Origin: a virus
Lineage: Duplodnaviria > Heunggongvirae > Uroviricota > Caudoviricetes
Length of the DNA: 32,670 bases
Reading direction: 5' to 3' (one strand)
IMG/VR virus record: IMGVR_UViG_3300045988_129198
Translations under genes and position numbers: made by a program
Notes under the pieces: model-generated
What the model saw: only the letters and a program-made list of their open reading frames with translations
Databases searched by the model: none
What the model was told of the DNA's origin: nothing
Shown here: piece by piece, positions 27,525 through 32,670 of the stretch
Layout of the letters: each line of letters opens with the position of its first letter
Position numbering within the stretch: position 1 is the stretch's first letter

Positions 27525-27722
27525 TATGCAACGCCCTTAACCGACAGATGTGTAGTACCCCATCATAGAACGTATATTCTGCCACAGCCAGTGAATTAAA
27601 ACTAAACCTGTAAAGTGTCAGATATTCACATTCATCAGATTCTAAGTTTTATCTTACGTCCACCGCGATTTAGGAAGATTTTCGGATTTTATCAAATTGT
27701 ATGATGATACAACGTTATGCGA

Positions 27723-29792
27723 TTAAAATCGCTCACCACTTCTTTGCTGTCGATATCGCCGCTGTATATGGCATTTCAAAACTTCCCTAAATACCAACAC
27801 AGCTTCGGGGTCATCCCATGCTATAACACCGTCATCAACCAGATTAAGCACGGCTGCAGCATGTTCAGAAGGTGTGGGAGCCGGTAACGAAGTATCACTG
27901 CCGGTGAGCTTTCCACAGTTATTGACAGGACTCCGAGGCGCGGCGATGCCGCTTTTTAAAGTCAAAGGCTCAACGACCGGAACTTTCGGCACAATGCGCC
28001 AGTCCGTCGTTCTGGTGATATGAATATGACGCGCGCCGAGATGCGGCGCGTAAATGCCGACCACTCTCTCAACTTCTTCCTCGTACTCGTTAACGTCATC
28101 CGACGGGCTACGGGCAACCCTGACAGTCTGACAATCGCGCGGGACATTTGCCCCACCCTGCGCGCTGATATACAACGCAAAATCACCACTGTCTGCGGCA
28201 GCGCGAGCAGCCTCGACGCGTTCGTCAAACTCATCAGCAATACTGACGCCGCGAGGCAATTTGCGTAGTTCACGGTAAGCCCCCATTGTCGGCAGTCCAA
28301 CCGTTTTAAATTGCGGGATGCGCCACGTTGACGCCCATGCGGTAACAGCCGCGGCAGTATCTTTAAGCGGCTTACCGGTATCGTTATCGAGCTGACCATC
28401 CAGTGCATAGCCGTCGATATTTTTTGAAATGTATTTCGCGATATATCCCGCAGCACCGCCCCGGTTAAGGTGTTTTGCCTGAAAACGGTTTCGCGCAGCT
28501 CCTCTTTCATCGCCATCCTCTTTGAGCGCATAGCGACGCATGATTTCGATAATCTGGTTACGCTGGCGCGGATTACAAAAAAGCATCATATGCCAGTGCG
28601 GCGTTCCGTCGTGGTGTGGCTCGACGACACGCAAACCGTAGACCTGTAAATCATTATCCTTGAATGCCGTGCGCATCAGGCTCCAGATACGGCAGAGATA
28701 ACGCTGCGCATCCTTTGGATTAAATGCCTCATCGTTCCAGCCGTGATTAAGCTGCACGGTTTTACTTTCGCCTTTTCCGACCTGACGTGTCGGGTGATAC
28801 TTTGACGGCGCGGTCAGCGTGATAAACATCCCCACATCACCCTCTGCGGCGGCGTAACGCTCAATACCGGCAATGGTGTTCATCAGCTCCATCCGGCGAA
28901 TTTCAGGATTAGAAATACTGCCCATCACCTTACTGATAAGGTCGATGCGCTCGCCGGTTTCCCTGTTTTCGAGGTCACACGATTTAAGAAATTCCAGATT
29001 TGCCTGGCGGCGCGCACGCACATCACGAATGGCATGTTTACTGGCATAAGGAGAACGGTCTTTATTGACCTCCCCGACAGCTATCAGTAACGCCTCATGC
29101 CAGCGCATACGCTGGCCTTTAAGCTGATGAGTCCACCACTCATCGTTAAACAGGCGGGCAATGGCAGAATATGCCTGCCTCGTGGTCATCTGTCCTTTAC
29201 GGTATTTTTTCCAGTAGAGAGGGGAAATATTGAAAGCACGTGCAGCGCCAGCAACATGACCATACAGGTGAGCCTGCGCCTCATCCGTAAACAGCGATTC
29301 TTTTTCGCCATGCGCATCCACCCAAGCATCGCTGAGTTCCTCATACATCATGAAAAGCTGCGATGAGATACGGGCGGCAAACTTTTTCAGCTCCTTGTCA
29401 TTCATTCCCGGCAGTCGCGCATAGTGGTCACGCTCTGCCAGAAACAGCAACGACGCGTCGGTGTTCATTTCATGGCGCTGATTCACACGCTCAATGCGCG
29501 GCCATAAACGACGCTGAAAAGTGGATGTGAGGAAATAAAACCCGTGCACCGGGCTTTTATTGCGCCGGATGTAGTCATAGCGTGAAGTAAACAGCGAGCG
29601 CAAAAAGTAAGGCAGGCGGTTAATCGTGGATAAAACACCTTGCACCTGACGCATCTCGTCACGTGTAAGGGGTCTTTCGCGCCCGACAGCCTCGCGTGGC
29701 GCGTTCCATGCATAAGCACCGGTAAACGCCTTACCGGTGCCTGCAGCAAATGCTGACGGAGGGACAAAACGCCCGGAGGCTTTAACGGCCAT
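27723..29792 (-). CDS. A: Replication initiation endonuclease gpA (rolling-circle)
   Basis: About 689 aa from the ATG at 29790-29792 (MAVKASGRFVPP...); the track ORF starts at an upstream TTG. P2 gpA-like and directly downstream of the orf80-83 cluster. Confidence 0.85.
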   Translation of the reverse strand: MAVKASGRFVPPSAFAAGTGKAFTGAYAWNAPREAVGRERPLTRDEMRQVQGVLSTINRLPYFLRSLFTSRYDYIRRNKSPVHGFYFLTSTFQRRLWPRIERVNQRHEMNTDASLLFLAERDHYARLPGMNDKELKKFAARISSQLFMMYEELSDAWVDAHGEKESLFTDEAQAHLYGHVAGAARAFNISPLYWKKYRKGQMTTRQAYSAIARLFNDEWWTHQLKGQRMRWHEALLIAVGEVNKDRSPYASKHAIRDVRARRQANLEFLKSCDLENRETGERIDLISKVMGSISNPEIRRMELMNTIAGIERYAAAEGDVGMFITLTAPSKYHPTRQVGKGESKTVQLNHGWNDEAFNPKDAQRYLCRIWSLMRTAFKDNDLQVYGLRVVEPHHDGTPHWHMMLFCNPRQRNQIIEIMRRYALKEDGDERGAARNRFQAKHLNRGGAAGYIAKYISKNIDGYALDGQLDNDTGKPLKDTAAAVTAWASTWRIPQFKTVGLPTMGAYRELRKLPRGVSIADEFDERVEAARAAADSGDFALYISAQGGANVPRDCQTVRVARSPSDDVNEYEEEVERVVGIYAPHLGARHIHITRTTDWRIVPKVPVVEPLTLKSGIAAPRSPVNNCGKLTGSDTSLPAPTPSEHAAAVLNLVDDGVIAWDDPEAVLVFREVLKCHIQRRYRQQRSGERF

Positions 29793-30057
29793 ATGAGCCA
29801 AAAGCCTCTGAACAACGCCTGCTGAGTTGCTCAACCTGCGCGTTTAAATCAGCAAAAGACTTTGCGCTTCCGGTCAGAATATCGTGATGCATCAGGCCGG
29901 AAACGAGCTGGCTTAATTTCGGGTAATAACCAACCACCGCCAGCCATTCCTGACCGGCGTTTTTACCGCTTTCCGCTCTCTTTTTCTCGTGGAGAATAAA
30001 CTGAAAGCTGTCACTGGTAACGACATAACGTTCGCCAATTTCAATACGAAAACTCAT
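29782..30057 (-). CDS. Hypothetical protein (P2 orf83 position)
   Basis: 91-aa ORF placed by synteny between the DksA-like gene and A. Confidence 0.6.
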   Translation of the reverse strand: MSFRIEIGERYVVTSDSFQFILHEKKRAESGKNAGQEWLAVVGYYPKLSQLVSGLMHHDILTGSAKSFADLNAQVEQLSRRCSEAFGSYGR

Positions 30058-30278
30058 GCCGTTCTCCGGTAATGTTTGTTTTTTGCTTCAAAGACTGACT
30101 GACAGGAAACACAACGCGTGGCTGACGGGTAAGCCGCACGACGGGCAGCAGGTATTGGCGCGTCACACTCTTCGCAAACCAGCGCAGAAGCACCGCAATG
30201 TTTTACCCTTGCCGCGTTAATCTGGCGCTCCAGTAATTCAGCCTGTTGTTCCTGAATAAAATCTACGTTGTCCGGCAT
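30054..30278 (-). CDS. TraR/DksA-family C4 zinc-finger protein (P2 orf82-like)
   Basis: 74 aa with CEEC...CVSC four-cysteine motif. Confidence 0.75.
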   Translation of the reverse strand: MPDNVDFIQEQQAELLERQINAARVKHCGASALVCEECDAPIPAARRAAYPSATRCVSCQSVFEAKNKHYRRTA

Positions 30279-30280
30279 TA

Positions 30281-30583
30281 TCAGCTCCTTTTATCGTTAA
30301 GTTTCCTGGATACATCAGCGCAATAACTGGCAAGTTCTGTCGTTAATTTTGTCAGTTCATCCACTGAGGAAATTTGCTTGTGGAATACAGCGCGTTTAAC
30401 AAGTAAATTGACCACATCAGACAGGAGGTTTAATTCATTCTGATAAATCGCGATAACAGATTCAGTTATGTCGCGTTTTTCTTTATCAAGGCAAAGTTGA
30501 ATAAGAGACAAATCGCCATTTTTCATAACGGCGATTTTTAAGGCGTTATTCAGTAATACAACTGAATGAGAACAGGACATCAA
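30281..30583 (-). CDS. Hypothetical protein (P2 orf81 position)
   Basis: 100-aa ORF, tightly packed in the early operon. Confidence 0.6.
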   Translation of the reverse strand: MMSCSHSVVLLNNALKIAVMKNGDLSLIQLCLDKEKRDITESVIAIYQNELNLLSDVVNLLVKRAVFHKQISSVDELTKLTTELASYCADVSRKLNDKRS

Positions 30584-30837
30584 AGCACCTCCCCGCGAGA
30601 CAATCCGATATTGTGAAATTTTTCCGACTCCTGACTGAGCAGCTCGACTATCTCCACGCGGGATAACTCCGCCTTTGTGATATGGCGAATCATGGCGTCA
30701 AGATGAGAAGAAAAGCGCGTCGCTGCGTCGGCCTGTGCTTCGGTTCTGGCCTGTTGCAGCAGTAATGCGTATTTACCGCACTGATTTTCAGAAACTGTAT
30801 GCATGACTTTCTCCAGGCAAAAAGAAGCCCCGCACAA
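30580..30837 (-). CDS. Hypothetical protein (P2 orf80 position)
   Basis: 85-aa ORF overlapping the neighbouring gene by 4 nt. Confidence 0.6.
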   Translation of the reverse strand: MCGASFCLEKVMHTVSENQCGKYALLLQQARTEAQADAATRFSSHLDAMIRHITKAELSRVEIVELLSQESEKFHNIGLSRGEVL

Positions 30838-30867
30838 TTAAGTGCGTTAAAAACTCTGGTTAATTAC

Positions 30868-31368
30868 TTAATGCAGATATTGCTCTGGTTTTACCGACGT
30901 CAGAATTGTCGGTGCATACTCAAACAGGCTGAATAATTCACGTAATGCACGGAATAAAGCATCACGCCAGTAACATGATTCTTCATTAATTCGCCAGTAT
31001 GGCTGGTTGAATTCTTTTTCAGTCAATCCGGCATGCATAAATAAAGTACGACGCTGACTGACTGTTAAAAAACTAATATATGCATACTCACTTGCGCCAA
31101 CCTGACGGCGTTTTGAGAATGCCCCACGCAATTCATCAATTGCACAAACCAGCCGTTCACGTTCGACGTCGTTCATTTCTTCAAAACGCATCGTTGCGTG
31201 ACGCTGTTTTAACTGCGCATGGAAGCAAACCGTTAGCCGTTCGCGTTCCATCATCTGATTATAATAATCGCATGTCTCCTGCCAGCGAGGGACGGCCAGA
31301 TGCTTACCAATTATCCGGCGCATAGCTGCTGGCTGTTTTTCAACGAGATTGAGCGTCATCACTGTCAT
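30868..31368 (-). CDS. B: Replication protein gpB
   Basis: 166 aa, the P2 gpB length; position between orf78 and orf80. Confidence 0.85.
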   Translation of the reverse strand: MTVMTLNLVEKQPAAMRRIIGKHLAVPRWQETCDYYNQMMERERLTVCFHAQLKQRHATMRFEEMNDVERERLVCAIDELRGAFSKRRQVGASEYAYISFLTVSQRRTLFMHAGLTEKEFNQPYWRINEESCYWRDALFRALRELFSLFEYAPTILTSVKPEQYLH

Positions 31369-31559
31369 TTCCAGACCCTCCGGCTTTTCAGAAAGGTCAG
31401 AGCCTTTTTTAACGGACTCTGTTTTTTGGTGCGGATAATGATTCCCTTACGCCCCTTACCGTGGGTGATGGTGAAGTCAATCGCCCTGGGGCTTTCGTTA
31501 CGCAATAACTGAGCAATACAACGAGGCTCATTCATACGGTTCTCCTTAACGTGGTTCAC
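31365..31559 (-). CDS. Hypothetical small protein (P2 orf78 position)
   Basis: 64-aa ORF between cox and B. Confidence 0.55.
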   Translation of the reverse strand: MNHVKENRMNEPRCIAQLLRNESPRAIDFTITHGKGRKGIIIRTKKQSPLKKALTFLKSRRVWK

Positions 31560-31821
31560 CGAGACCTAACCACATCAACCAGCCGTCACGAATCTCTTTA
31601 GGACGGCTTTCATAAGCCAGTTTTAGTCCGTTATTCCATGCCGGAAGGTATACCCAATATTCACCAGCACGCCCCGATACTGACTGAGGGTCAGTAATCT
31701 CAATAACTGGTAATTTCCCTTTCTCAATCATGCCCCTTACAGCTCTTGGAGTTTTACCAATGAGTTTTGCAAACTCCTGATAAGGCACGGCATCAGTCAC
31801 GCTTACAAGCTGTCTATTCAT
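31546..31821 (-). CDS. cox: Cox excisionase / early-promoter regulator
   Basis: 91 aa; C-terminal ...GRAGEYWVYLPAWNNGLKLAYESRPKEIRDGWLMWLGLGEPR matches P2 Cox as recalled. Confidence 0.85.
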   Translation of the reverse strand: MNRQLVSVTDAVPYQEFAKLIGKTPRAVRGMIEKGKLPVIEITDPQSVSGRAGEYWVYLPAWNNGLKLAYESRPKEIRDGWLMWLGLGEPR

Positions 31822-31845
31822 CTGCTACGATTCTCCCTTAGTGCT

Positions 31846-31865
31846 TCTAATGGCTCCTAATGGCT
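31846..31865 (+). promoter_or_regulatory. Putative immunity operator: tandem direct repeat (T/C)CTAATGGCT x2 in the cox-C switch region
   Basis: Two perfect 9-bp CTAATGGCT copies spaced exactly 10 bp apart (31847-31855 and 31857-31865) between the divergent cox and C genes. Confidence 0.5.
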
Positions 31866-31942
31866 AATTATTGCCTAAAAGGATAACTCCAGAAGCACAA
31901 CATTTCACACTATCAGCAAGAAATTACGCAATCGGAGTAATT

Positions 31943-32377
31943 ATGTCAATAGACGTTTCGGAGAAGTTGAAGCTAATCCGTGAATCTGAAAGGTTAAACC
32001 GTAAAGAATTCAGTGAATTAACTGGTGTAGCCTACAGCTCACTTTCGAGCTATGAGAGCCGGTCAAAAAACGCTGGAGTTGAAGCCATAATGAAGGTCTT
32101 ACAACATCCCAGATTTACTAAATATACTTTGTGGTTCATGACTGATCAGGTAGCTCCAGAAGCCGGGCAAATTGCGCCCGCTCTCGCACTTTGGGCAAAA
32201 CGAAACAACGTCGCCCCACTCCGGTCAAAAGACTGGTTAACAATTTATCGTGAATATATTCATCACAAGTGCCTACTATTGGTGGCTAAATTTCAGCCAC
32301 CACGAAAAAAGCGATTAGTAGTAGCAAAAAAAGTACCACTCGGAGGGTTTTCTGATGGCAATCAAAAAACTCGATGA
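31943..32377 (+). CDS. C: Immunity repressor C (HTH), with a C-terminal extension relative to P2 C
   Basis: From the ATG at 31943: MSIDVSEKLKLIRESERLNRKEFSELTGVAYSSLSSYES...FTKYTLWFMTDQVAPEAGQIAPALA resembles P2 C, but the product is about 144 aa rather than 99; its end overlaps the int start. Confidence 0.75.
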   Translation: MSIDVSEKLKLIRESERLNRKEFSELTGVAYSSLSSYESRSKNAGVEAIMKVLQHPRFTKYTLWFMTDQVAPEAGQIAPALALWAKRNNVAPLRSKDWLTIYREYIHHKCLLLVAKFQPPRKKRLVVAKKVPLGGFSDGNQKTR

Positions 32378-32670
32378 TGGTCGATATGAAGTGGACATCC
32401 GCCCTACTGGACGTAACGGAAAACGCATCCGTAGGAAGTTTGATAAGAAAAGCGAAGCTGTCGCTTTCGAAAAATACACGTTGTACAACCACCACAATAA
32501 AGAATGGCTATCAAAACCAACAGACAAACGACGTCTGTCGGAACTGACACAGATCTGGTGGGATTTAAAGGGTAAACACGAAGAGCATGGGAAATCTAAT
32601 CTTGGAAAAATTGAAATCTTCACAAAAATAACGAATGACCCATGCGCATTTCAAATCACGAAATCCCTTA
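32355..32670 (+). CDS. int: Integrase (tyrosine recombinase), N-terminal part only; runs off the window edge
   Basis: ATG at 32355 opens a frame MAIKKLDDGRYEVDIRPTGRNGKRIRRKFDKKSEAVAFEKY... with no stop before the window ends; it is absent from the ORF track, presumably for that reason. Confidence 0.8.
   Translation, partial: MAIKKLDDGRYEVDIRPTGRNGKRIRRKFDKKSEAVAFEKYTLYNHHNKEWLSKPTDKRRLSELTQIWWDLKGKHEEHGKSNLGKIEIFTKITNDPCAFQITKSL

Larger units (their letters stand above)
1..32670. mobile_element. P2-family prophage, near complete (att core to truncated int)
   Basis: Continuous P2-like synteny and P2-like protein lengths across the whole window; att core at the left edge, int N-terminus at the right edge, cos between Q and A. 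Confidence 0.9.

Noticed and set aside
27962-28531. 189-aa minus-strand ORF inside gene A in another frame
   Set aside because: Alternative-frame ORF within the replication gene; A is the conserved reading frame by P2 synteny.
1-32670. CRISPR arrays, tRNA or rRNA genes, IS elements or transposases
   Set aside because: No regularly spaced short repeats, no cloverleaf-like GC-rich 75-90 nt candidates in intergenic regions, and no transposase-like ORF; the only recombinases are the small tyrosine recombinase and the phage int.

Overview
The window is one nearly complete P2-family (Peduovirus-like) prophage of an enterobacterium, read with the late genes mostly on the minus strand. It begins inside the P2-type att core next to ogr (pos 1-23) and ends inside the integrase gene, so no host flank is visible. 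Gene order and protein sizes follow P2 almost exactly: ogr-D-U-T-E/E'-FII-FI | accessory island | G-H-I-J-W-V | accessory gene | S-R-lysCBA-K-Y-X-L-M-N-O | P-Q | cos | accessory island | A-orf83..80-B-orf78-cox | C-int. Three AT-rich cargo islands sit at the three classical P2 moron positions. (1) At Z/fun (about 6.8-9.3 kb): a 3-TM membrane protein, a FimB/FimE-sized tyrosine recombinase and a 280-aa orphan protein, bracketed by three copies of a site with core CTGACAGTCT (two direct, one inverted). (2) At orf30, between V and S: a 366-aa RelA/SpoT-type (toxSAS, CapRel-like) protein on the opposite strand. (3) At tin/old, between cos and A: a two-gene operon of a ParA/MinD-family ATPase and a 207-aa protein carrying an R-x4-H (HEPN-like) motif. 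The first and third islands are the best candidates for an undescribed anti-phage or phase-variable system. The tape measure gene T is split by a +1 frameshift in a homopolymer run. All calls rest on reading the supplied ORF translations and sequence by eye and on remembered P2 biology; no database search or computation was run.
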